From contig OZ024744.1 in assembly GCA_964016885.1 (NCBI GenBank), positions 107,880,001-107,944,000 of the forward strand: a stretch of 64,000 bases of DNA, in the 5' to 3' direction. The notes under the pieces were generated by a model. That model saw only the letters and a list, made by a program, of their open reading frames with translations. It ran no database searches and was not told where the DNA came from. The stretch's first letter is position 1; each line of letters starts with the position of its first letter. The DNA is from Eledone cirrhosa (Eukaryota). Of the stretch, positions 1 to 12,158 are shown piece after piece. Both the position numbers and the translations under genes were made by a program.

Positions 1-580
1 GGAAGTAGTTGATAGCTTTTGCTACCTAGGTGACCAAATTAGCTGTTGGGGTGGGTGTTCCGAGAGAATAATAACTAGAATAAGGATAAGATGGAAGAAA
101 GCTAGAGAGCTACACCCAATGTTGACAACAAACGGTTTCTCCCAATGAATGAACAGTTGTGTGTGAAGTGCAATGCTACATGGTAGTGAAACGGGAGCTG
201 TAAACGTATAGGAAATACAAAGGCTGGAGAGAAATGAGACAAGCATGCTTTGATGGATGTGCAATGTTAAATGTGCGAACACAAAGCATGGATGAACTGA
301 GAAAGAAACTGGGTATAAGTGGAATGAGATATAATGTGCAGGAGAGGAGACTGTATTAGTATGGAGATGTGATGCACATGGTGATGATTGCTGGGTGAAG
401 AAGAGCCAAGTAATCCCAGTGGAAGGAAGCTGCAGTAGAGGAAGACCACGGAAGATCTGGCCTGAAATCATTAGAGCTGATCTCATATTGTTGAAGCTCA
501 CAGTAGAGATAACAAAGAATCACAGCATATGGAGAGGTGATGTGTTGAAAAGGACCGATCCAAGCTGGTGTAAAATGATG
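1..580 (+). mobile_element. RTE-clade LINE 3' fragment (decayed RT C-terminus and tail)
   Basis: Translates EVVDSFCYLGDQIS..GGCSERIITRIR..WKK and GSCSRGRPRKIW; homologous to the RTE ORF at 18588-19229; ends taaaatgatg. Confidence 0.85.
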
Positions 581-934
581 ACATATATATATATTTGCGA
601 AGGGCCCTATCCTGAACAAACTCACTGAATGTTGCCCAGATTGCATGAACAAAATCAATGTAACATACAGAATTTATAAACCACTTCTATATCCAGAATG
701 CTGGGATGGATCAGCTATATATTATCTAAGTAGCCACCTTCCACTTTAACCCTTTCCCTCCATTAAAACCCATTTTACAGTATTGCTGGTTATGACTGGA
801 AGCATTATGATAATTATTACCTATGCTACTATTATTACCATTATTATTATGATTAGCATTATTACCCTTAATTTCACCTTAATTTCACACTACAGAATTA
901 CGATTTTCATCATTATAATTATCATTAACTAACT

Positions 935-1930
935 TCTTCTTTGCCCACTTATTCCTGAAAGGGTTGTGGGGGCAGAGTCCTCAAACACACTTTCCAGTGA
1001 CTCCTGTCAAAAGCAACCCTCTCCAACTGATCCGGCTGGATCCCCAAGTAAGACCAGCTGAGTTCATGGATGTTATCCAACCATCTTGCTTGGGGGTCTA
1101 CCCCTGGGTCTCCTGTAAAATCTGTCCAGTGATCCTCTCCTGAGACATTCTAACCATATGCCAATAGTATCGGAGCTGTGATCTCTCAATTTGGAGAAGT
1201 AGCAGCTCTACCTGGAGTGACTCTCTGATCTCCAAGTTACACATGCTATCAAGTAACATTACTCCAAAGACCCTTCGGGAAAACCCCATTTCGGCCGCTT
1301 ATATTCACAATTATATTCTTTCAGTCATTACCTAAGCTTCATGACCATAGGTAAGGGTTGGCACAAATAGCAAATTGAAGATAGCAGGTTTGTCTTTTAC
1401 ACCTACCTCCCTTCTTCTGATTACTGAATGCTGAAGCTGGTGCATTACTGCATCATCTCTTGCAATTCTTGCACTTCCATCACTCGTGAACATGGCTCCG
1501 AGATACTTCAACTTCTCCACCTGCTTCAGTGGAACTCCATTCACATGTAGAGTGCACTGCACAGGCTTTCTTCAGAGGACAAGTGTCTCAGTATTTGCAG
1601 CACTGATTTTCATTCCAGCCATGCAACACTCGGCATAAAACCTATCAAGTGCAAGTCCAAGATCAACTTCTTTTGATTTAAGTAACACCATGTCATCTGC
1701 AAATTCCAGTCAACTGATTTTACACTCACCAGTCATGATACCACTTCTAACCTGGCTAGGCATGTCAATCCTGTTCATGTAAATAATGAAAAGGAGAGGT
1801 GACAGTACACACCCTTGGTGGAGTCCGACTCCCACATTGAATGGTTTTGATTTAGCCCTATTTATCTGAACACAAATACTTGGGCATTCGTATAGAGACA
1901 TCAGTGTAGCAAGGAGCTGATCATCGATCC
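935..1930 (-). mobile_element. RTE-like LINE fragment (RT domain and C-terminus), decayed
   Basis: ORF pieces GVGLHQGCVLSPLLFIIYM, LKQVEKLKYLG, PTLTYGHEA, IERSQLRYYWHMVRM. Confidence 0.85.
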
Positions 1931-1991
1931 CTTATATACAACTATTAATTAACTATTATATTCAATTGTTATTATTATTATATTATATTTA

Positions 1992-3388
1992 ATGCTTTGA
2001 CGCATAGAGTTATAGCCCATGCCATACTGAGTTCAAATCCCGCCGAGGTTAACTTTGCCTTTCATCCTTACGGGGTTGATAAAATAAAGTACCAGTAATG
2101 CACTGGGCAATTGTTGGCCTTGTGCCAAAAGTAGAAACAATTATTATATTTAATTTTTAATCTTTATCATTATCATCATCATCATCATCATCTTCATTTA
2201 ACGTCCATCTTGCACACTAGCATGGGTTAGACGGAGCATGGACTAGTATCCTCTAGTCATATTCAGTACTGATACTTCCATCGTTATTAATATTCTCATT
2301 ATATTATATTTTATTATATTCTATGAATATGACTAGAGGATACTAACCCATGCTCCGTCTAACCCATGCTAGTGTGCAAGATGGACGTTAAATGAAGATG
2401 ATGATGATAATGATAAAGATTAAAAATTAAATATAATAATTGTTTCTACTTTTGGCACAAGGCCAACAATTGCCCAGTGCATTACTGGTACTTTATTTTA
2501 TCTATTCTATATTCGAAATATTAGGGCAGTGGATTGGCAGTATTGGTAGAGGGTCGGACGCCATGCTTTCCAACATAGTTATGTCCCTTTACGATCTGAG
2601 TTCAAATCCCGCCGAGGTTAACTTTGCCTTTCATCCTTACGGGGTCGATAAAATAAAAGTACCAGTAATGCACTGGGTAATTGCTGGCGTTGTGCCTAAA
2701 GTAGAAACAATTATATTCTATATATTATATTACATTATACTACTACTATTATCACTATGGTTATCCCTTCCATAGTGAATACTGTGAGTATCTTTGCTTT
2801 CATTAATCAAATATTGGCAGTATCGGTAGAGAGTCGGACGCCATGCTTTCTAACATAGTTACGCCCCTTTACGGTCTGAGTTCAAATCCCGTCGAGGTTA
2901 ACTTTGCCTTTCATCCTTACGGGGGGTCGATAAAATAAAGTACCAGTAATGTACTGGGTAATTGCTGGCCTTGTGCCTAAAGTAGAAACAATCATATTAT
3001 TAGTGACATATGCTTTTTTTTTACTCTGTTTGTTGTGGGACCTTGCTAACATGGTGATAATCATCAAGATTGTGACATATTATTATTATTATCGATAAAA
3101 TAAAGTACCAGTAATGCACTGGGTAATTGCTGGCCTTGTGCCTAAAGTAGAAACAATTATTATTGGAGATAGAAGGGCGGTGGATTGGCAGTATCGGTAG
3201 AGGCTCGAATGCCATGCTTTTCAGCAAAGAGTTACGGCGCTTTATGATCTGAGTTCAAATCCCGCCAAGGTTAACTTTGCCTTTCATCCTTACGGGATTG
3301 ATGAAATAAAGTACCAGTCACGCACTGGGTCGACTTTCCCCTCCCCCAAAATTGCTGGCCTTGTGCCTATATAAGAACCTAGTATTAT
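1992..3388 (+). mobile_element. Cluster of tRNA-headed Nin/Deu-domain-like SINE copies (approx. 1992-2145, 2523-2713, 2813-2995, 3094-3163, 3174-3388)
   Basis: Repeated ~200-bp unit with A-box-like TGGCAGTATCGG, B-box GAGTTCAAATCC, central GCCTTTCATCCTTACGGGGTCGATAAAATAAAGTACCAG and tail CCTTGTGCC..AGAAACAATTATT. Confidence 0.85.
2078..2502. repeat. Long inverted repeat (arms 2078-2264 and 2325-2502, 60-bp spacer)
   Basis: Right arm is the near-perfect reverse complement of the left arm, differing in ATC repeat number and 2 substitutions. Confidence 0.95.
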
Positions 3389-3663
3389 TGGAGATTGAAA
3401 ACTGGGAGAGGGCACTTGCCCTGGTGGTCAGGATCACCATGGCTTTATTAATGGGCTTTCTCCACGACGGACCCTCAAAAGTCTCCCCGCTATTGGGGAA
3501 TTTTCCTTTGTTTCTTTTTTTGTCATTTCCTTTGTTATTGTTTTTTTTCTTTACACGCAGAAATGTTTCATTTGTACTGTCCTGTGCTGTCCTTAATGTC
3601 TACTTTATGTCAACCCTTGTGGTTAATAAAGAAAGCATTATTATTATTATTATTATTATTATT
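3389..3663 (+). mobile_element. Tx1-like LINE 3' UTR fragment followed by (ATT)n
   Basis: Homologous to the 3' UTRs at 8140-8349, 13020-13270, 42950-43200 and 46400-46575. Confidence 0.8.
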
Positions 3664-6600
3664 GGTCTGTTCGGACGTCTTTTTGCTCGCTCCCAGTAAG
3701 TCGTTTATTTACCTGTTACCTTTTGGCCCAAATATTTGAATATTTTACTTTTAAACATTTTTTTAAAAAACATGGCTGAGCCACACTCCCCAACAATATG
3801 TCTGCTGCTGTGTGACAATGGCGTAAAAGTTGAGAGGAGGGTTACAGAAATTCATATAATAAACACTACCACAAACAACGTAAACAAAGACAACAACGCT
3901 GAGAACACTAATTTTTAAAAAATTACCACACCAACTACAACAATAACAGCAACAACCAAAATACAGACAACAGAACAAATGTAACAACGATATTAACACC
4001 ACTAACAAGAAAATAAACAACAACAACACCAACAGCAACAATACAAATTGCACCGAAAACAACAACAACGGTGGCACCAAAAACACAACCAACTACAACA
4101 GTGATAACAGCAACTACACCGTTTATAGAAGTAGCAACAGCAACAGCACCAACAACAAGACTAGTAGCAGCAGTAGCGGCAGCAATAATGGTGCCGCTGA
4201 AAAGGGGGCCACTTCTTTCGCAAGTGTGGCCCGAAATATAGAGACAGTGCTAATCACAGAGGGGGAGATGGCAGTCGCAAGAGCCATGGTGTCAAGATAT
4301 GACAATAGAGTTTCCCTGAAACCTCCACTCGATTTCTTCAAAGACCAGCAGCTGCGCACGGTGACTTACTGCACCGTAAGCAAAATGTCACATTGGGTGG
4401 AGAGAGCCACAGAGGCTCAAATCCAAAAGGCCTTGGGGTGAGTCTGGGTGCGCAAAACCCACATCACCCGAAGCAAAAAGTACACCACAGTAGACATACT
4501 TTTCACCACCCCACCAAGAGGCGAAGTCCCACTCTTTGGAAACCCTTAAAGAGTGAGGAGATAGTCTTGGTGCCCTCCTACTGCAGGCAGAAAATTGTGA
4601 GCGTCAAAGTGACCCAGATCCCGCCCAATGTGCCCATACCTTGGCTGGCCGCATCTGTACTGGCTGGAATCGAGGAGAAGACCACCATACTGCAAATACA
4701 GAGAATGGGAAGAGAGAACTGGTCAGGAATAGGCATGCAAATGCTAATACAAACTGACCAGGCGTGCATCAAGGCCATCCCAGATATCATAGACCTCGAG
4801 GAAGGATTCCAACTCCCTATAAGCAAGGAAGGAAGGCACCCAAAGTGCTATCTCTGTGGGCAGAAGGGTCACCTCAGGGCCTTCTGCCCGCAGAAGACAG
4901 CCAAGAAGAGCCCCCCCCTTCCTTCCGACGCCTGATCCACTGCTACCAAGAGCAGGGCAAGCAACAGAGGCAGAAGACCCTTCCATGGTGAGTAGGAGGG
5001 CAACGTCCGTGGCACCCATACCAAGGCCACGGACAACTAAAATAGCGGCAACACCAACAGTTGCAGTAACTACGCCGGCGACAAAATCGCCGGACAAGGC
5101 TCCACTACCACCACCAACAGCAGTTGAGCTCATACCCCTCCCAGACGCCACGGAATCCGATATGGAGTATGAGGCGGGAGGGAAGTGGCAAATGGTCTGC
5201 CATCTTCCTGGACCCAGAAGGTAAGTCAGTGGTGTTGGACATGACCGGCAACGAAGGCAATGCTTTCAGGCTAGTAGGGGCAGGAGGGCCAGATTTCTTT
5301 TGATGTCTAGAGACCTTTCTTGGAACATCCCGCTCTTTAGTGTTAGTGGGCGACTGGAACGGTATCTTAGATGCACGCTGGGATTATGTGGGGCTAGTAG
5401 ACAGGGCAGGAGGGTGTAAAAGCCTCATCAACCTGCTCAGACGTTTTGAACTGTCTGACAGGTATAGATTGGATTATCTGAATGTGCCAGTGTGGACATG
5501 GGTAGACCGCATCGGGTCATCTAGATCGTATTTAGATAGGGTATTCTGTAGGGAAACAGATAAGGCTAGTGTAGGTTGTCCACAATTTAAAGTAGTTGAC
5601 TACACGGACCACAAATTTGTGATCTGTGAAGTTGACTTAGATAGATTCATAGGCAAGGGCCTGGCTATCTTACAGAGACCGGATTAGCGAATTAGTTAAG
5701 CGTGCGTTGACGGGTGCGATTGTCAACAACAGGTGGTGGTTTACCCTGAAATGGGCAATTAGAGTAGAATCAATAAGGGTTAGCAAAGGAGTAGTGATAG
5801 AGGAAAATAGAGTAGAGGGAGAGCTCGTCAGAAAGCTAGAAGAGGCGTTTAGAACAGGCATCGCAACCGACGTGCTTGCGGCGAGATTGGCACTCGACCA
5901 ATTCTTCAACGCAAAGCTCAAGGCTGCGTTGTGAGAGCCAGAGCGTATGCTCTGAGACATGAGGGGACAAAAGCCATTCAATGGGCCCGGGTGGTGGAGG
6001 CGCGATGTAGAAGTCCACCATTCGGTCTTTGCCTGATCAAAACGGGCGCATGTTGCAGGAACCCGAGTAGATGCGTGCGGCTTTTCAACAGCACTTTGCT
6101 CAATTGTTCGGGAGCAGCAGTGGGCCGGATCGGAGTATGAACTTCAGTGCATACCTCGACGGACTGCTGCAGCTCTCGACATCCGCAGTGCAGTATTGCA
6201 AAAAGCCAATAACAGCAGGTGAAATACGGGAAGCGATGTCTGACTGCACGAGAGGTAAATCGCCAGGTTTGGATGGTCTGCCCTACGAGCTTTATGCATA
6301 TATGCCAGACTTGTTCGGCGATCTCTTGGCAGATGTCTACTGCAACTGGCAGCAGAACGGGAACATTCCCAGTTTTGTGAGCCGGGGAGCGGTGGCGCTG
6401 CTGAGTAAAGACCCGAACAAAGGGGACGTTATAGACAACTTCAGGCCCATAACTCTGCTAAACGCAGAGTTTAAGATTTTGGCCAAGGTTTTAGCAAAGA
6501 GATTGATGCTTGTCGTCGGTGATCTGGTGGGAGACGCGCAGACATGCGCCATTCCGGACAGATCCATCACGACAACCTCCATCTCATGCGATACATCATA

Positions 6601-8347
6601 GAGAGGGTGGTTAAGGAACCTGGCATGGGTGGGGCCCTGATCAACTTGGATCAATCTAAAGCATTTGATAGGGTCGATCATCGGTACCTGGCTGCGGTCC
6701 TCGAGGCGGCTGGCTTCAGTCCCGTTTTTAGGGGTTGGATCGCTGTGATTCACAGCGACATCTGCTCAATTGTGAGGGTGAATGGTCACCTGTTGCAGCC
6801 TTTTAGCATCATGCGCTCAGTCCGTCAGGGTTGCCCCTTCTCGTCCCCCTTGTAAGTACTGGCCCTCGAGCCGTTACTGCACAAATTGGATGAGGGGGGT
6901 CCCTTGTAAACTGGGATGCGGGAGATCCATGTCAGCTTACGCCGACGACGTCACCATGGTGGTGTTGAGCACCAAACATATCCAGATGCTTGGCACCGCT
7001 CTCAAGGAATACGAAGCGTGACAGGAGCAAAAATAAACCAGGAAAAGTTAGTGGGCTTGCAACTCGGCACCTGGAGAGGCAAGTCCATGCTGTCCGACAG
7101 CGTCTAGGGGCACTGGACAGGAGGACTGGACCTCCAGATGGAGAAAAACTGGAGTGAGGTGATGAGCAGGGTGGCCTCTCTCACCCAGAAATGGGCCGAG
7201 AGGAGGCTGTCTCTGAAAGGTCGGGCGGAGGTGGCCAATGTGTACATCGCGTCCGTCATCTGCTGCCGCCTGACCGTCGTACCTTGCCCCCGCCCAACTC
7301 TGACCAAAATGGAACATGCGCTGAGGCTGCGACATCTCTGGTGCTTCCTTGATGGTGAACCGGTGTGGTCGCTGTTTGCCAAAAACACTTTTCCCCAGCT
7401 CGTCTCCTTGACGGAGCTGCAGTCCTGGATCTTGAAAAGACCGAGGGATAGCTCTTGGAAGCTAGAATGTCTCCAAGTGTTCACCGCCCTCTACCAGCTG
7501 GGCACTAGTATCGGTGGAACATCCATCTCAGCGTTCTATAGAGGACTAGTGGAGGGGAAGAGCGACGACGTTCTCGGAGAGATCCTGGGCGTCGAAGACG
7601 ATCAGCTGTTTGCTCTCTTCAAGAGAACCTTTAGACTGGGGCCTATGGACAACTTCTAGAAATCCCTGGCCTGGCAGTGCTATCGGGGAGTGTTGCTCTA
7701 CAGGCACGAACGTGCCGTCAGCCGAACCTGTATGATATGCACACAGAGCGACAAAACCATCCTGCATGCACTCATTCAGTGCCCAAGCATTGCTGACTTG
7801 TCGAATAGCTGCTGTCACGTGTAGGACGGATCCAGTTATCAACTGAGTCCATTGTGCAGATAGCCCCGCCATTCTCCTTTAAAGAGGAGGAAGGGCAGGC
7901 AGTTTTCATCTGCCTGGTGGCCATGGCGAAAGAGATTGTATGATGGACAAGGTTGATAAGGTTGAAGACGGACACTTTCCTCTTCGGCCAATCCCTGATT
8001 AACTTTTTCAAGTTTCACTTGAAGAGGAAAATCAGGGTGGTGAGGCAAGTGCTGTCTTCAAGTAAGTTTGTTGAAAGGTGGGTGAAAGTGGCGAGTCTGG
8101 TCCGAGTGAACGGGCCCGTTCTGAGTATGTGCTTGTAGACTAAGGAGTGGGAATACTGAGAGAGGGCGCTTGCACTGGTGGTCAGGATGGTCATGGTCTT
8201 TTGTGGGGTTTCCCTCTTTTTGGGGAATTTTCTATCCCGATTTCTATCTTGTTATAACCTGTTTACACGACCAAAACCCACTTTGTACTGTTCTGTGCCG
8301 TCTCTAATGTTTTTCTTCATGTTAGCCCTTGTGGCCAATAAAGAAAC

Positions 8348-8349
<2 letters not shown>
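3664..8349 (+). mobile_element. Near full-length Tx1/L1-group non-LTR retrotransposon, inactivated by frameshifts, stops and an APE deletion
   Basis: 5' UTR; ORF1 from ATG 3772 with CCHC knuckle CYLCGQKGHLRAFC; ORF2 with APE motifs (GDWN, SYLDR, TDH), RT (KSPGLDG, NFRPITLLN, DQSKAFDRV, RQGCP, YADD) and C-terminal Cys/His region; stop 8138; 3' UTR with AATAAA. Confidence 0.9.
3772..5224 (+). pseudogene. Tx1 ORF1 (Asn/Thr-rich N-terminus, zinc knuckle, Pro/Thr-rich C-terminus), frameshifted
   Basis: ORF pieces 3736-3918, 4226-4441, 4393-4935, 4856-5224; CX2CX4HX4C motif. Confidence 0.7.
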
Positions 8350-8380
<31 letters not shown>

Positions 8381-8801
8381 GGGCGGTGGATTGGCAGTAT
8401 CGGTAGAGGGTCGGACACCATTCTTTTGATGCATAGAGTTACGGCCCTTGCCATTTTGAGTTCAAATCCTGCCGAGGTCGACTTTGCCTTTCATCCTTAC
8501 GGGGTCGATAAAATAAAGTACCAGTAATGTACTGGGTAATTGCTGGCCTTGTGCCAAAAGTAGAAACAATTATTATTATTATTATTAGCGGTGGATTAAC
8601 AGTATCGGTAGAGGGTCGGACGCCATGCTTTGCAGCATAGAGTTAAAGCCCTTTATGGTCTGAGTTCAAATCCCGCCGAGGTTAACTTTGCCTTTCATCC
8701 TTACGGGATTGATGAAATAAAGTACCAGTCACGCACTGGGGTCGATTTAATTGACTTCCCCCCCCCCATAAAATTGCTGGCCTTGTGCCTACATAAGAAA
8801 C

Positions 8802-8805
<4 letters not shown>
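8381..8805 (+). mobile_element. Two tandem Nin-like SINE copies (8381-8585, 8588-8805)
   Basis: Same consensus as the 1992-3388 copies, each starting in an (ATT)n tract. Confidence 0.9.
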
Positions 8806-8841
<36 letters not shown>

Positions 8842-8880
8842 GCTGTTGCTGATGTTGCTGTTGCTGTTGTTGTTGTTGTG
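8804..8880. repeat. (TTG)n microsatellite
   Basis: Direct reading. Confidence 0.95.
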
Positions 8881-8884
8881 CTAT

Positions 8885-9720
8885 TTTGTTTAGCTCAGTT
8901 CTGTTTCTCTATTGCTAGGTTCAGGCCTTGAACCTAGGGCAATAGAGGTTTTCATTGTAGAGAGAGAACTTGTCTGAGAATGTGTGTTGTTCCTAGATCT
9001 TCTGTAGCTCATATTTACTGATCTTGCAGGGAAGGACGCTAAGGTGTAGGTCTGAGGATTTGGGTATTAATCCCAATGCCCCTATTACCCCAGGGTTAGT
9101 GTTTGTGGTCATCCTCCATATGTGGTTGATCTCTATTTCCAGGTCTTTGGTTTTTGACAGTTTCTCCATTGTTTTTATAGATATAATCTTGTCAGCTGGT
9201 GTGGAAATATCTATAAGGCTACATGCCTGATCTGTTTTGTTTTTATGATATCTGGTCTGTTGGCAGCGATTTCTTGGTCGGTTATCACAAGCATATCCTA
9301 CAAGATGGATATGTTGCCTTTTTCCATGACTGTTTTTGGTTGATGTTCATACCATTTGCTAGAAGTTTGGATGTCATGAGAGCGGCAGAGCAACCAGTGC
9401 ACATATTTGGCAATGCAGTTGTGTCTTTCAATATAGTCAGTTTTTGCCAGCTCTGGACACCCAGAGATAACATGATCTACCATTTCTTCATGTTTGTAGC
9501 ATATTCTACATAGAGGGCTAGTACCATCTTTCACTATTCTGTGTCTATAGGCCCGAGTGTTTAAAGATTGGTCTTGTACAGCAACTAAGGGTCCTTCAGT
9601 CTCTGCTTTCAAATCAGCACTTCTGAGCCAGGATAGTGAGCCATGCTGATCAACAACGATACTTCCAGTTATGAAATAACGTCCAAGACATTTGTATCAC
9701 TTCAAGATAAATGTTTCTGT
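8885..9720 (-). mobile_element. R4/Dong-clade RLE non-LTR retrotransposon 3' fragment
   Basis: AVQDQSLNTR..CRIC..E..HVISGCPELA..YIERHN..YVHWLLC: CCHC finger followed by the RH motif preceding an RLE nuclease. Confidence 0.85.
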
Positions 9721-9760
9721 AACTTCTTAACAATGATACTTCTAGTTATTATTATTATTA

Positions 9761-9955
9761 CGGTGAATTGGCAGTATCGGTAGAGGGTCGGACATGCTTT
9801 CCAGCATAGTTACGTCCCTTTACGATCTGAGTTCAAATCCCGCCGAGGTTAACTTTGCTTTTCATCCTTACGAGGTCGATAAAATAAAGCACCAGTAATA
9901 CACTGGGATAATTGCTGGCCTTGTGCCTAAAATAGAAACAATTATTATTATTATT
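9761..9955 (+). mobile_element. Nin-like SINE copy
   Basis: Family consensus, flanked by (ATT)n on both sides. Confidence 0.9.
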
Positions 9956-10169
9956 GTAATTTCCTTTATCTTGCTTTATGTTCATACGAGTTATCACCCA
10001 GTCACACAACCAGTGACCTCAAGAAACAACAAGGTCCGCCATGTTCAAGAAAGAACATACATACTCACACATGTATCTTTAGGTGTTTAGACTTGTGATG
10101 TACTTATATTGACAGAATCTTCCTTGGTATATGGACAGTTCCTATTAGTACTATATTTTGTATTTCTTC

Positions 10170-10220
10170 ATATCCTCCTCCTCTTCCTCCTCCTCCTTCT
10201 TCTTCTTCTTCTTCTTCTTC

Positions 10221-10262
<42 letters not shown>

Positions 10263-10339
10263 TTATTATTATTATTCTCCTCCTCCTCCTCCCCCTCCTT
10301 CTTCTTCTTCTTCTTCTTCTTCATCTTCTTCTTATTATT

Positions 10340-10394
<55 letters not shown>

Positions 10395-10438
10395 TCCTCC
10401 TCCTCCCCCTACCCCTCCTTCTTCTTCTTCTTCTTCTC
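10170..10438. repeat. Compound (CTC)(CTT)(ATT) microsatellite with higher-order duplication
   Basis: CTC-CTT-ATT block recurs about 2.5 times. Confidence 0.9.
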
Positions 10439-10439
10439 A

Positions 10440-11892
10440 GTCATTGATGTTATTTAACTGGAAAGTTTGTTGAAATGAATATCAAGCCTCTACCTGCAGC
10501 CTCAGATATTCAGGACGTATCGGAGGGTTCTTGCTGGTCCCAGCAAGCATGCCTTTTGAAATGTTCCAAAAAGTGGGGCTGGACTAATCTTCTTTAACCA
10601 TCCTTGGAAACTCTTTGAGATAGTACCTAGAGCTCCTATGACAATCGGGACGACTCTGACTTCATAGCAGTTCCAAATCCTTTTTACCTCCCACTTTAAG
10701 TCCTGGTATCGGTTAATTTTCTCCCTCTCCTTTTCCTGCACCCATGTCAAATGCGCAGGCTACATCTACAATCAGGCACAATCTTTTTTCCTTGTCCAAA
10801 ACAACCAGGTCAGGCCTATTGTGTTCCAGTTTCTTGTCCGTCTGTATCCTAAAATCCCACAGCACCTTCACCTGATCGTTTTCTATCACTGACTCTGGCT
10901 TATGCTCATACCACTTCTCAGAATGTGGTAAATTGTTTACTTTGCATAGGCGCCAGTGGATCACCCTGCCTATCACATCATGTCTGCAGCCCTTATAGTG
11001 ACTTTGGGCTAGGTGTTTACACTCGGATACAATGTGAGCCACAGTCTCCCCTCTCTCTCCCCACAGATCCTACACAGTGGGCTAGCCTCCTCCTTGTAAA
11101 TATGGTGTTTCACCCACTTCGTTCTGAGGGCCTGCTCTTGCACAGCCATTAGCATTCCTTCTGTAGCCTTTTTAAGGTCTCCTCTTTTTAACCAGTTCCA
11201 TGTCTGTGGATCTCTAAATTCAGTTTTCTCAAAGAAGGTACTATGAAGGTATTTTTCATGAAGGTTGCTCTTCCTCCTTGTTGTTATTTCCTCCCTGGAC
11301 ATCCCCTGGTCTATTGTCCTCTCCTTCAGTACAATTCTGAGCATTGGCTCCCTACTGTCAGTCACGTATTTGTGCAGGTTGTTTTTCTCCATCTGAACAC
11401 AGTCCTCTATGCTGATAAGACCTCTTCCACCTTCAGATCTCTTTAAGTAGAGTCTACATCACTCCTCTTGTGGAACATGTTGTAGATAGTCAATAGCTTC
11501 CTAGTCTTCCTATCCATTTCTTTTTGTTCAGCAACATTCCATTTCAGAATTCCCGCACTGTACCTAATAATAGACACGGCTGGGGAATTCACTGCACTTA
11601 TGGCATTCCTACTGTTCAGATGTGATTTTAGTACGCTCCTTACTCTCCTAATGTACTCAGATCTTATCAATTCCTTCATTCTTTTGTTCTTGATGTCATC
11701 TGCCTCCAGAACACCTAAATATTTGTATCCTTCTTCAGTGTCAATTTCCTTTGTCATCTCACCTGTTGGTACCTGGATTCCGTTGCTTCTGCTCAATTTA
11801 CCCCTCTTCATCACAAGGACTCCACACTTACTAATACCAAATTGCATACATATATCACTGCTGAAAATACGGACAGTGTCAACAAGTACATC

Positions 11893-11894
<2 letters not shown>
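10440..11894 (-). mobile_element. R4/Dong-clade RLE non-LTR retrotransposon, 5'-truncated
   Basis: RT thumb (FGISKC, YKYLG), CRIC..HIVSEC..RHD, RPDLVV..IVDVAC, KINRYQDL; stop at 10502. Confidence 0.9.
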
Positions 11895-11932
<38 letters not shown>

Positions 11933-11934
11933 GA

Positions 11935-12121
11935 GGGCGGTGGATTGGCAGTATCGGTAGAGAGTTGGACGCCATGCCTTGCAGCATAAAGTTACAGCCC
12001 TTTATGATCTGAGTTGAAATCCCGCTGAGGTTAACTTCGCCTTTCATCCTTACGAGGTTGATAAAATAAAGTACCAGTAATGCACTGGTAATTGCTGGCC
12101 TTGTGCCAAAAAGTAGAAACA

Positions 12122-12157
<36 letters not shown>
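11935..12157 (+). mobile_element. Nin-like SINE copy
   Basis: Full consensus between (ATT)n tracts. Confidence 0.9.

Positions 12158-12158
<1 letters not shown>

Noticed and set aside
603-750. Short open frame GPILNKLTECCPDC.. as a host exon
   Set aside because: No pyrimidine-rich acceptor, clear donor or recognisable homology
8381-8475. tRNA gene
   Set aside because: A/B boxes belong to a multi-copy SINE head; no cloverleaf could be drawn
10109-10457. Poly-Leu/Ile membrane-protein-like ORFs, and similar YI/ER-repeat ORFs elsewhere
   Set aside because: Translations of microsatellites
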